A stretch of DNA of 64,000 bases. Source: Macrostomum lignano. Taxonomy: Eukaryota. Location: assembly GCA_002269645.1 (NCBI GenBank), contig NIVC01001912.1:158535-222534 (forward strand). Reading direction: 5' to 3'. This document shows, one piece after another, positions 45,301 through 55,129 of the stretch. How positions within the stretch are numbered: position 1 is the stretch's first letter; the number at the start of each line of letters is the position of its first letter. Position numbers and translations under genes: made by a program. Under the pieces are notes generated by a model. That model ran no database searches and had not been told where the DNA came from. It saw only the letters and a list, made by a program, of their open reading frames with translations.

Positions 45301-46065
45301 TCACCGCCGTCTATCCTCACGTCTATCCTTCACACCGATTGGCTTGTGAACAACTTTAACTTTGACCATGCTTGTTTGGCACCTTGGTTTTATTAACTCT
45401 CTCCTCCCCCCTGCTGCACAGGTGATGGTCAATCCGCAGGATTTGGACGGCGAGAGCGCCGACTCTGGCCGAGGCGGCAGTGAAGACGGTCACGGAGGTG
45501 AGTGAAGCGAAGCGCTCTGTGTGTGTTCTGACACTACTGTTATACTATGGGTAGTAATAGTAGTACTATATAAGGGTCCATCAATCCACCACCTCCGCCT
45601 TCGCAACCGCCAGGCCACCACCCGTTGATGGGCGGATCTCGCTGTGCCACCCTGCCGCCGCAGCTGCTGCACCATCATCACCAGCAGCAGCATCAGCCGC
45701 AGCCGCCGTTCCAGCCTCACCATCACCATCAGCAGCGCGTCATGTCGCCGCCGCCGCACATGAAATCTCCCTGCCAGTGCCTCGGCATCCCGGAGGACGA
45801 GGAGGAGTCGGCCAGCAACAGCTCGCCAGCTGCCGCCCTCCTGACCGGAGCCGGCGCCACTGGCAGCTTCCTGCCGCCGCCGGTGCCGCCGCATGGCGTC
45901 GAGTATGGCGGCAGCGGCGGCGGCACATTGGGTCGTCGACAGCCTCAGCATCATCATCAGTTCCAGCCGCCGCAGCATCACGGCTTCTATCAGCAGCTGC
46001 ATCATCAATCGCCCGGGACTGCTGGCAGAGCTGGATTGAATGGCGGGGGTGAGCGGCTGTGCTGA
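35876..46065 (+). CDS. PCDH: Protocadherin (non-clustered, delta-like; 7 EC repeats, single TM), gene model join(35876-36300,37078-37762,38085-38491,39377-40172,40669-41244,45422-45497,45614-46065), about 1138 aa
   Basis: Signal peptide; repeated cadherin motifs (DRE, DxNDNxP, DxDxGxN); EC1 Cys pair after DRE; TM LSIIVGMIIVTGVVSVGLVSAIVCV then RRR; cytoplasmic ADSGRGGSE. All introns are GT-AG with matching phases (2,0,2,0,0,1); total 3417 nt = 1139 codons. Symbol is family-level only. Confidence 0.92.
36310..37062. repeat. Protocadherin intron 1: two adjacent 17-bp arrays (atcccacactctgtgcc about x10, then atcccacactccagtct about x31)
   Basis: Direct reading; fills almost the whole intron. 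Confidence 0.96.
37078..37762 (+). CDS. Protocadherin exon 2 (EC2-EC3, start of EC4)
   Basis: Acceptor ctgcag|C; ATDADIGDNG, IDYEQ, DRNDNQP, DRDSGENG, DVNDHEP; donor CAG|gtgagt. Confidence 0.95.
37820..37990. repeat. Protocadherin intron 2: degenerate about 19-bp repeat (gaccccacacctacttagt)
   Basis: About 6-8 imperfect copies. Confidence 0.7.
38085..38491 (+). CDS. Protocadherin exon 3 (EC4, start of EC5)
   Basis: Acceptor tttcag|; VTDGDLGEN, FDFES, AQDKDRG; donor CCAG|gtgaga. Confidence 0.93.
38515..39255. repeat. Protocadherin intron 3: 16-bp minisatellite (acatcctagaagtttt)
   Basis: Direct reading. Confidence 0.95.
39377..40172 (+). CDS. Protocadherin exon 4 (EC5-EC6, start of EC7)
   Basis: Acceptor acgcag|A; IDRD, DANDNAP, DDADQGIN, LDREE, DVNDNSPEF; donor CAG|gtgaga. 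Confidence 0.95.
40195..40560. repeat. Protocadherin intron 4: 23-bp minisatellite (ggtgtgattaggtgcgggtttcc)
   Basis: About 16 copies, direct reading. Confidence 0.93.
40669..41244 (+). CDS. Protocadherin exon 5 (end of EC7, TM, juxtamembrane cytoplasmic region)
   Basis: Acceptor ccgcag|; hydrophobic TM followed by RRRS; donor GAG|gtgagt. Confidence 0.93.
41320..42240. repeat. Protocadherin intron 5: (CTACT)n pentamer array
   Basis: Direct reading. Confidence 0.96.
42762..43490. repeat. Protocadherin intron 5: 22-bp purine-rich repeat (gctgagatatgaagagagtgat) grading into an about 84-bp higher-order unit
   Basis: atgaat landmarks recur at 43145, 43229, 43313 and 43395. Confidence 0.88.
45422..45497 (+). 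CDS. Protocadherin exon 6 (76 nt, DSGRG motif)
   Basis: Polypyrimidine tract then cacag|; VMVNPQDLDGESADSGRGGSEDGHG; donor G|gtgagt. Not in the ORF track. Confidence 0.85.
45614..46065 (+). CDS. Protocadherin exon 7 (His/Gln/Pro-rich cytoplasmic tail to stop)
   Basis: Acceptor ccgccag|GC completes the phase-1 Gly codon and joins the frame of ORF 45625-46065; GC3-rich codons. Confidence 0.8.
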
Positions 46066-46194
46066 GGACTGTCATTTTGAGTTCTTGCTTGGTCATTCTC
46101 GCACCTGTCAGTCTGTATGGCTTTTTCGGCTCTCTTCGTCCAAGGCTGAATGATCTATTAATTGCTTTGAATAGTAAGGCTAAGGGGTCCAAAT

Positions 46195-46290
46195 GAATTC
46201 TGAAGCTCTATCTGAATGCATTCTGAAGCTCTATCTGAATGCATTCTGAAGCTCTATCTGAATGCATTCTGAAGCTCTATCTGAAAGCAA
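46195..46290. repeat. 23-bp repeat (tgaatgcattctgaagctctatc), about 4 copies, just downstream of the protocadherin stop
   Basis: Direct reading. Confidence 0.75.
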
Positions 46291-46887
46291 TCTGAAGATA
46301 TGTCAGATATCAATCAGCCTTTGACAAACCAATTTTTATTAATTAGCTACTCTCTCAATTCGAAAAAGACGCTCCAGGGTATTCCATAGCCTGTGCAATC
46401 AACTTATTAATATTCCGCGTGTACCATTAACCACTGTGTGTTGGCTTCATCACTCTGTATTGTTCAAATAATTAAATCATTAGTTCTTTATAACAATATC
46501 GAGTAATTATTTCTCTGTGTAAACATTTTATTAAAATGATTATCCAATAAATTTAAGCGGGCAGTCAATGCAGACTTTGCATTTATTGAGTACAATATTC
46601 ACCCGCGCATGACTTCCATATTTGGAAACTTGCGATTGGATTCTTCGATTCATAATATTTGTCCCCATGCCAGCCTTCATCGATTCGCGTCATTCAATGC
46701 CATTTTGTAATGCCGGCACTTGATTATTAATGTGTTGCATTTTTTATTGTTTCGCATCGGATAAATGCGGTCTGCACTTGTCTCAATTGTCTGCTACACT
46801 GATGTCTCCTGCGCACTGCATGTTTGCTGTTGTCTGCGAGTACTTTTGGCTTTTCCATGCGATATCTATCAACATTGTGTGCCCTTC

Positions 46888-47850
46888 TGTCAATCTCAGT
46901 CCCAAACTGCATCAATCTCAGCCCCAATCAGCATCCATCTCAGTCCCAAAACAGCATCAATCTCAGCCCCAATCAGCATCAATCTCAGTCCCAAACTGCA
47001 TCAATCTCAGCCCCAATCAGCATCAATCTCAGTCCCAAACTGCATCAATCTCAGTCCCAAAACAGCATAAATCTCAGTCCCAAAACAGCATCAATCTCAG
47101 TCCCAAAATAGCATCAATCTTAGTCCCAAAACAGCATCAATCTCAGTCCCAAACTGCATCAATCTCAGTCCCAAAACAGCATAAATCTCAGTCCCAAAAC
47201 AGCATCAATCTCAGTCCCAAAACTGCATCAATCTCAGTCCCAAAACAGCATCAATCTCAGTCCCAAAACAGTATCAATCTCAGTCCCAAAACTGCATCAA
47301 TTTCAGTCCCAATCAGCATCGATCTCAGTCCCAAAACAGCATCAATCTCAGTCCCAAACTGCATCAATCTCAGTCCCAAACTGCATCAATCTCAGTCCCA
47401 AAACAGCATCAATCTCAGTCCCAAACTGCATCAATCTCAGTCCCAAACTGCATCAATCTCAGTCCCAATCAGCATCAATCTCAGTCCCAAAACTGCCTCA
47501 ATCTCAGTCCCAAAACAGCATCAATCTCAGTCCCAAACTGCATCAATCTCAGTCCCAATCAGCATCAATCTCAGTCCCAATCAGCATCAATCTCAGTCCC
47601 AAACAGCATCAATCTCAGTCCCAATCAGCATCAATCTCAGTCCCAAACTGCATCAATCTCAGTCCCAATCAGCATCAATCTCAGTCCCAAACAGCATCAA
47701 TCTCAGTCCCAATCAGCATCAATCTCAGTCCCAAACTGCATCAATCTCAGTCCCAATCAGCATCAATCTCAGTCCCAAACAGCATCAATCTCAGTCCCAA
47801 TCAGCATCAATCTCAGTCCCAAAACTGCATCAATCTCAGTCCCAAACTAC
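46888..47850. repeat. 21-23-bp minisatellite (gcatcaatctcagtcccaaa(a)ca/ct)
   Basis: Direct reading. Confidence 0.94.
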
Positions 47851-48229
47851 CTCCATATTTTCACGGCAAGCCGAACTCGCTAAATGCCTTTATTCATTAA
47901 TAATATTTATGCGAATGAAATTAGCATTGAATTTCCTCTAATTTTATTTTTCTGTGTTGTGTTCAGCTGTTCTGAAATGCCAGCTCTGTGCAATGTGATT
48001 GTAGCAGTAATACTATAAGTAGTATGATTGAACAGTACTAGTTATTTGCGAATTAACCTGTTCTTTTTTCAAAACAAATATAAACAAATCAATAAATTGT
48101 TTTGCTTTCCGCCCGAAGCTGCCCTGCCCCCTGTTTTACTGCGGCAGCTGGCTTCAATATTTTTATAACAAAATCAACAAAAAATCCGATCTGCGCCGCT
48201 CGAGCTTTGCTTCTTTTCATTGCTGGCCT

Positions 48230-48740
48230 CTAAGATGGGGATAGGATGAGAAGAGATGGGGTGAGATGAGAAGAGATGGGGTAAGATGAGAAGAGATGGG
48301 GTAAGATGAGATAGGGAGAGAAGAGATAGGGAGAGAAGAGATGGGGATGATAAGAGACGGGGATGAGAAGGAATGAGGATGGGAAGAGAAAGGGATGAGA
48401 AGAGAATCGGGCGAGATGAGATGGGGAGAGAAGAGATGGGGATGAGAAGAGACGGGGATGAGAAGGGATGAGGATGACAAGAGATGGGGATGCGAAAAGA
48501 TGAGGATGGGAAGAGAGAGGGATGAGTAGAGAATAGGATGAGGTGAGATGAGATGGGTAGAGGAGATGGGGATGAGAAGTGATGGGGATGAGAAGAGATG
48601 GGGATGAGAAGAGATGGGGATTAGGAGAGAAGGGGATGAGAAAAGACTGGGATTAGAAGAGACTGAGATGAGAAGAGATGGGGATGAGAAGAGAGATGGA
48701 GAGAAGGGGTGAGAAGAGACGAGAATGAGCTGGGTCAGAC
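48230..48740. repeat. Degenerate purine-rich about 18-bp repeat (gagatggggatgagaaga)
   Basis: Direct reading. Confidence 0.8.
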
Positions 48741-49139
48741 ACAGGATGGAGATAGAATTCACAGAGTTTAAGAAGTGGCTGACGAGACAAACGGCATTTG
48801 TGAAAGTTTTCTTTAACAGTTCTCAAAGCATAAACAGCGCAAGCAGTATCAGGTTGCCTGTGCTGTGCAGAACCGAGACAGTGTGCTCACAGTGGGACAC
48901 CTGGAGGTTGTGACGTAACAAGAAAGTGTGTCAGACTAGACTGCTGCGGTAAATTGATATGGCTTTACTGCAGCTTTGAGGAAAACTTGATCAACTTGGC
49001 TTGTGTAAAAATCAATAAAACTCTTTTACAAAAAATTCTACTCATTTTATTTCATACTGATGTTCGCATGTGCCCCGCTACTCATAGTAGCTTATGTATG
49101 CTCTCTATTAGAGAAAAATACCAAGAATATTCTGTTCTC

Positions 49140-49615
49140 TTCACACCCTGTCCTCTTGACAATGCTACCCTGTCTTCTTCACAATGCTACCCTGTCTTCT
49201 TCACAATGCTACCCTGTCGTCTTCACAATGCTACCCTGTCGTCTTCACAATGCTACCCTGTCGTCTTCACAATGCTACCCTGTCCTCTTCACAATGCTAC
49301 CCTGTCCTCTTCACAATGCTACCCTGTCTTCTTCACAATGCTACCCTGTCCTCTTGACAATGCTACCCTGTCCTCTTCACAATGCTACCCTGTCCTCTTC
49401 ACAATGCTACCCTGTCCTCTTCACAATGCTACCCTGTCTTCTTCACAATGCTACCCTGTCCTCTTCACAATGCTACCCTGTCCTCTTCACAATGCTACCC
49501 TGTCCTCTTCACAATGCTACCCTGTCCTCTTCACAATGCTACCCTGTCCTCTTCACAATGCTACCCTGTCCTCTTCACAATGCTACCCTGTCCTCTTCAC
49601 AATGCTACCCTGTCT
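49140..49615. repeat. 22-bp minisatellite (cacaatgctaccctgtcctctt)
   Basis: Direct reading; 22-aa periodicity in the overlapping ORFs equals 3 x 22 bp. Confidence 0.95.
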
Positions 49616-50114
49616 GTGATAAAAGAATAAACAAACAAACGAGCGGAAATTCTGGGCACAAAAAACTATTACGAATTTTGAGTCGAGTATCTTCAAAGAA
49701 TCTTTGCTTTTTAAGTCAATCTCTTTGTATAGCTTGGATTCTTCTAACAGAGCAGTAAACAGACATTTAAACGTGAATGAATAATTGCCCAGCTGAGCTA
49801 CTGCAAGTAGGGCTTTCGGGATTCGGTTGAAAATTAGATTTTCACATGTAGCAAATCGGGAACAACACTGAACTAACATGCGGCGGATGTGTTAAAAGAT
49901 AAGCGGACAGCGAGTTGAAAATTACAGAATGTACTGAGAAGGCTGCAAAATGCAATTTGATTACAACAAAAAATGTCTATGGCAGGCTTGGTAAATTATT
50001 TAGTATAATTAAGATTATACCAATATTATATTCCCAGAAAGTGACTGATTTTACTATGATGCTATGATGCATTAAAATGCAAATTAACTTTTTTCTAACA
50101 TTTTAATGGGATAA

Positions 50115-51000
50115 ATGAGATGAGATTGGGGCAGAGATGAGATCCGATTGAGATGAGATCCGATTGCGATGAGATCCGATTGAGATAAGATCCGATTGAG
50201 ATGAGATCTGATTGAGATGAGATCCGATTGCGATGAGATCCGATTGAGATGAGGTCCGATTGAGATGAGGTCCGATTGAGATGGGATCCGATTGAGATGA
50301 GATGAGGTCCGATTGAGATGAGGTCCGATTGAGATGGGATCCGATTGAGATGAGATGAAATCCGATTGAGATGAGATCCGATTGAGATGAGATGAGATCC
50401 GATTGAGATGAGATGAAATCCGATTGAGATGAGATAAGATCCGATTGAGATTAGATGAGATCCGATTGAGATGAGATCGGATCCGATTGAGATGAGATGA
50501 AATCCGATTGAGCTGAGATGAGAACCGATTGAGATGAGATGAAATCCGATTGAGATGAGATGAAATCCGATTGAGCTGAGATGAGAACCGATTGAGATGA
50601 GATGAGATCCGATTGAGATGAGATGAAATCCGATTGAGATGAGATAAGATCCGATTGAGATTAGATGAGATCCGATTGAGATGAGATCGATCCGATTGAG
50701 ATGAGATGAAATCCGATTGAGCTGAGATGAGAACCGATTGAGATGAGATGAAATCCGATTGAGATGAGATGAAATCCGATTGAGCTGAGATGAGAACCGA
50801 TTGAGATGATATGAAATCCGATTGAGATGAGATGAAATCCGATTGAGCTGAGATGAGAACCGATTGAGATGAGATGAGATCCGATTGAGATAAGATCAGA
50901 TCAAATTGAGATGAGATGAAATCCGATTGAGATAAGATCAGATCAAATTGAGATGAGATGAGATCCGATTGAGATGAGTCGAGAAGCAGAGATAAGATGA
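50115..51000. repeat. Composite repeat of gagatccgatt with (gagat)n spacers
   Basis: Direct reading. Confidence 0.92.
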
Positions 51001-51489
51001 ACAGAGTCTGCTCATTTCGATGAAGTAGAACCAATTCCCAAGCTCTTTTTCCCATTATTAACCAATTCCCAAGCTCTTTTTCCCATTATTAACCAATTCC
51101 CAATTTGAGGCGAAAATTTTTTTTAATTTTGTTAAGTGGTAAGAGGAGACAGATTGCTAAACATGCGTCAGCTGATTGTTAACTATGATGGAAATCAACT
51201 GACAAGATAGGTCAACTACTTAGTGAGTAGGCATATGTGCATAATCATATCATGTACAGAGTAAGTTCCTGCGTAAAAACTTTATCAAGATCAAAATTTC
51301 ACAAATTCAATATAGCTTAAGAAGTTTAGCTGGTCAGAAGGAAGGTAACGTTTAATGTAAAGAATTCTTTGAGAAAAGTTCCACAAATATCAAAATTAAA
51401 ATTTCAAAATACAGGTTGAGGGTGGCCACAACTGATTTTAAAACAACCTCCCCTAAACTCGAGGCCCTAATTTCACATTGGAACAACTT

Positions 51490-51790
51490 ACTCTCCCATT
51501 GAGGCAACCTACTCTCACCTTGAGGCAACCTACTCTCCCTTGAGGCAACCTACTCTCACCTTGAGGCAACCTACTCTCACCCTGAGGCAACCTACTCTCA
51601 CCCTGAGGCAACCTACTCTCACCCTGAGGCAACCTATTCTCACCTTGAGGCAACCTACTCTCACCTTGAGGCAACCTACTCTCACCTTGAGACAAGCTAC
51701 TCTCACTCTGAGGCAATATATTCTCACCTTGAGGCAACCTACTCTCACCTTGAGGCAACCTACTCTCACCTTGAGGCAACCTTGAGGCAA
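51490..51790. repeat. 21-bp minisatellite (ttgaggcaacctactctcacc), about 14 copies
   Basis: Direct reading; 7-aa periodic ORFs. Confidence 0.94.
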
Positions 51791-52045
51791 GTTGGGCCAG
51801 ATGTGCAACCGACAGCTCATCTAAAGGCTGCGTACGGCTGTTCAGTCCAAGGACTGGGGGTCGCCACACACACCCTCAATTACCCCAGCTAATGCTGGCA
51901 CCCATTTTACAGCTGGGTGAACTGAAGCAATGCAGAGTTAAGTGTCTTGCTCAAAGAACACAAATTGTTCCGAGTAGTTCAAGAATCGAACCCCCGACCT
52001 TTCAGTCATGAGTCCGTTGCTCTAATCTCTTTAAACTAAACGTCC
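51790..52045 (-). mobile_element. tRNA-derived SINE with CORE-like central domain
   Basis: Minus strand: degenerate A box, tRNA-like ttagagcaacggactcatgactgaaaggtcggg, B box GGTTCGATTC (51983-51992), then tgtgttctttgagcaagacacttaactctgcattgcttcagttcacccagctgtaaaatggg, which resembles the MIR/CORE consensus as recalled from memory. Confidence 0.7.
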
Positions 52046-52078
52046 TGATACAACCGTAGCTTCGGGGCCTGCATGTGG

Positions 52079-52718
52079 CTAGATGACGCCCCTGTCCAGC
52101 AGGTCCTGAATGTCGCCGCAGATGCTGTCCATCTGGGCGGCCAGCGGCGACGACCTGTCGAACAGCGCGCTAAGAAAGGCCGGCTCGGTGAAGAAGGTGG
52201 CGCAGGTGCGCACCCCGGCCTGGGATTTTTCGCTTAGGTGGCGCCGGATGAGGCGCAGCACGAGCTGCTCGCAGTCGCGGAACTGGCGCACCAGCGACGC
52301 CTGGTCGAGCGTTGAACGACGCGTCTGCATGCGCACCAAGTCGGTGGTCAGGTCGTTGAATTTGTCGCGAAAGTCGTCCGCCATCGCGCGCTCCTCGTCG
52401 TTGAACATGTCGTTGAGGTACAGAACTCGATCTTCATGTTGAGCTTGATGATCTGCTTGAGCAGCTTCTGAGCTGCCTGTCGCGAGCCGGTGTGCGTCTT
52501 CACCAGCTTGTAGATCTTGTCAAACACTCGAGCCGAGGCCGCGTCAATGAAAATCTTCACGGACTTCTTCGTAGCCAATTTGCTGACGATTTTCTTCTGG
52601 GCACGCAGGCTGAACGACTGCGAGCTGAAGGCGCCACCCTCGCCGCCGCCATCGCCGCCTGCGCTGCTGGCTCCTTCAGCGGCGGCGCCTCCGGCGTTGG
52701 CGCCGGGTTCAGAGTCAC
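52079..52718 (-). CDS. TNFAIP8: TNFAIP8/TIPE family protein, main exon (1-nt deletion frameshift at about 52428)
   Basis: FSSQSFSLRAQKKIVSKLATKKSVKIFID...VFDKIYKL...KQIIKLNMKI[G]VLYLNDMFNDEE...IRRHLSEKS...FLSALF...ICGDIQDLLDRGVI* aligns with human TNFAIP8. Acceptor gaacag|GT. The two ORF-track pieces join if one G (minus strand) is restored. Confidence 0.92.
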
Positions 52719-52789
52719 CTGTTCAGGTAGTGACCCAGGTGGGCTCAGGTGTGTCAAACAGAGTGACAATACGGCCTTTGACTACTAGA

Positions 52790-53280
52790 AACCCTGAAGA
52801 ATCAGGTGTGGGATTGTGTAGAATCAGGTGTGGGATTGTGTAAAATCAGGTGTGGGATCGTTTAGAATCAGGTGTGGGATCGTTTAGAATCAGGTGTGGG
52901 ATTGTGTAGAATCAGGTGTGGGATTGTGTAGAATCAGGTGTGGGATTGTGTAGAATCAGGTGTGGGATCGTTTAGAATCAGGTGTGGGATCGTTTAGAAT
53001 CAGGTGTGGGATTGTGTAGAATCAGGTGTGGATTGTGTAGAATCAGGTGTGGGATTGTGTAGAATCAGGTGTGGGATTGTGTAGAATCAGGTGTGGGATT
53101 GTGTAGAATCAGGTGTGGGATTGTGTAAAATCAGGTGAGGAATTGTGTAGAATCAGGTGTAAGATTGTGTAGAATCAGGTGTGGGATCGTGTAGAATCAG
53201 GTGTGGGATTGTGTAGAATCATGTGTGGGATTGTTTAGAATCAGGTGTGGGATTGTGTAGAATCAGGTGTGGGATTCAGG
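52790..53280. repeat. 22-bp minisatellite (tagaatcaggtgtgggattgtg) in the TNFAIP8 intron, near the acceptor
   Basis: Direct reading. Confidence 0.94.
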
Positions 53281-54511
53281 TGGGATGATTATAATAATAG
53301 TTGCAGAAGGGCTGCGGGCAACCTGACGCAACGTCTTCGGCTACATCGTCCCACACCCAGCGCAGTGAGGCAACTCTGCCCATTCCGCCGACTCCTGAGC
53401 AGATGCAAGCGCACCAATACTGTACACAGGCACGCACTCGTTGTGTGGGATGTGTGAGATTGTCTGTGTATGTGTGGGATTCGTCTGTGGATTTATACAT
53501 GGGATTTTGTGGGGGATGCACTACATGTACATTGTGCCTGAAACATAGCACGCACGAAAGTCTGTAAGCTCTCAGCTGTACTTTTAGTTATCCAACTTTC
53601 TCTCTCACCCTCTGTTTACCTGGCTCGCTCAGTTTCATAAAGAAATTCTTTTCCACACAAAGTGACGGCTTCCACGCGCCTGCGCGCGAGCGGCTCAATA
53701 AAGTTTCATTTTATTTGCGCTCACCTGCTCAGATTCTCGGCGATTTTTGAGCTCGTCCGATTTCACTTCGCTCTCTCCACTCTCCTTCCCCTTCACTCTC
53801 TCTCTCCCAGCAGGATTTCACGCCTCGATGGGTTGAATTCCCTCCCCGCTTTCTGTTACACAGACAGCAGACATCACAGAGCGGAGGCTCAGAATAGTCA
53901 GCTACGAGCGTACATGCAGCGTCGCTTTATAGCGGCGTCGTCATCAGAAGGATCAAGGGATAAACCGAAGCAGGGATTAGCCGCTCTGATGTGGGATCCG
54001 GCGAATCGGGGAGAAGAGGCCGCGAGTATCTGGGGCCTGATCTCGTGGGAGTTAATCGGGAATGAAGAAAGTGAAGAGCAAGGAAGGAAAGCTCAAGCTG
54101 AGCTGCTAATCTAGAGATTTTTTCTGCTATTTTCTAATACCAGCGTAGTGCACCAAGTGGGTAGGCGGTCAGAGTCCACGTAAAACTCGGCTTGACTTGA
54201 TTAGGACTGGTTGACTGGCTTGAGCACAACAGGAGCTGATGAGGCCAAGGGCCGGAAGCTGGCCACGCTGATGCATATATTGCGGTGCATGGCCTGAGAA
54301 TAGGTAAAGAATTACCCCAGCAGCTCTGGGGCTAGGATGCGAGAAGTTGCCACTAGAGGATCGATAGAAGTGCTCAATTAGCTGCTGATGAAGGCCTGAT
54401 GAAGGATTGAATCGATAGAGAGCAGCTGGACAGCTGGCTTACATATGTAAGGCAAACTGATCGATTAGATGAATGAAAAAAAGAGCAGAGAACTCAGCAA
54501 GCTGAACTCAC

Positions 54512-54530
54512 CTGACTGACTGTCCGACAT
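54512..54530 (-). CDS. TNFAIP8: TNFAIP8 19-nt first coding exon (MSDSQS + G)
   Basis: Minus strand ATGTCGGACAGTCAGTCAG|gtgagt; phase 1 matches the GT start of the main exon; total 659+1 = 660 nt. Confidence 0.7.
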
Positions 54531-54679
54531 GAAAGCCAGTCAATTTTGGGCAGCTACCAGGTGCCTGCTGCCTTTGAGTCCAAGTCTATCGAATGCGGAG
54601 CAAGGGCGACGACCGTCTTGAGAGCCTGAGGGGCCGGGAGCTCCAGAGCCTGGGGGAGTCGAGATGAAGCAGCGGTGGG

Positions 54680-54725
54680 GGAGGCCAATAGCTCATTTTG
54701 TCAGGGCCGGCCGGCCATTGGAGGC
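54680..54725 (-). promoter_or_regulatory. Putative TNFAIP8 proximal promoter with two CCAAT boxes
   Basis: ccaat at 54685 and attgg at 54717 in a GC-rich stretch about 150-190 bp upstream of the ATG; motif-level evidence only. Confidence 0.3.
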
Positions 54726-55129
54726 TGGGGGGGAGGCGACTGCAGCTCTTCGCCTACCGTCTCTTCCCGTGCATTTATCGTACAACTCCTTCTTCTCCCT
54801 AGGGACTCCGCTCCCCTCCTACCAATGCCCTCCCAGCGTTCTCCTCCTCCCCCCACAGCCCGCCCAGACAGCTGAGCACGAAGTCAGTAGAGCCATGCCA
54901 GCTAACACCCCAGCCGTGGACTGAATGAGGGGGTAACATGTACTGTATAATCTGCTTTGAGAAGGGCCTAGTCTAGTTACACAAGATAGATAGCTTTCCA
55001 ATTCACTAAAATCATTCGCTACAATACTGCACTGCTTTAACTGGCTAGAGAGCAGAGGTTGGCAAAAATGCTTTACCTCAGGGGCAAAACAGAGAATCCA
55101 GCTCATGATGAGAGTGGACAGAAGAGGGA

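Noticed and set aside
51983-52045. tRNA gene on the minus strand
   Set aside because: The A box and acceptor stem are degenerate and it continues into a CORE domain; interpreted as a SINE head.
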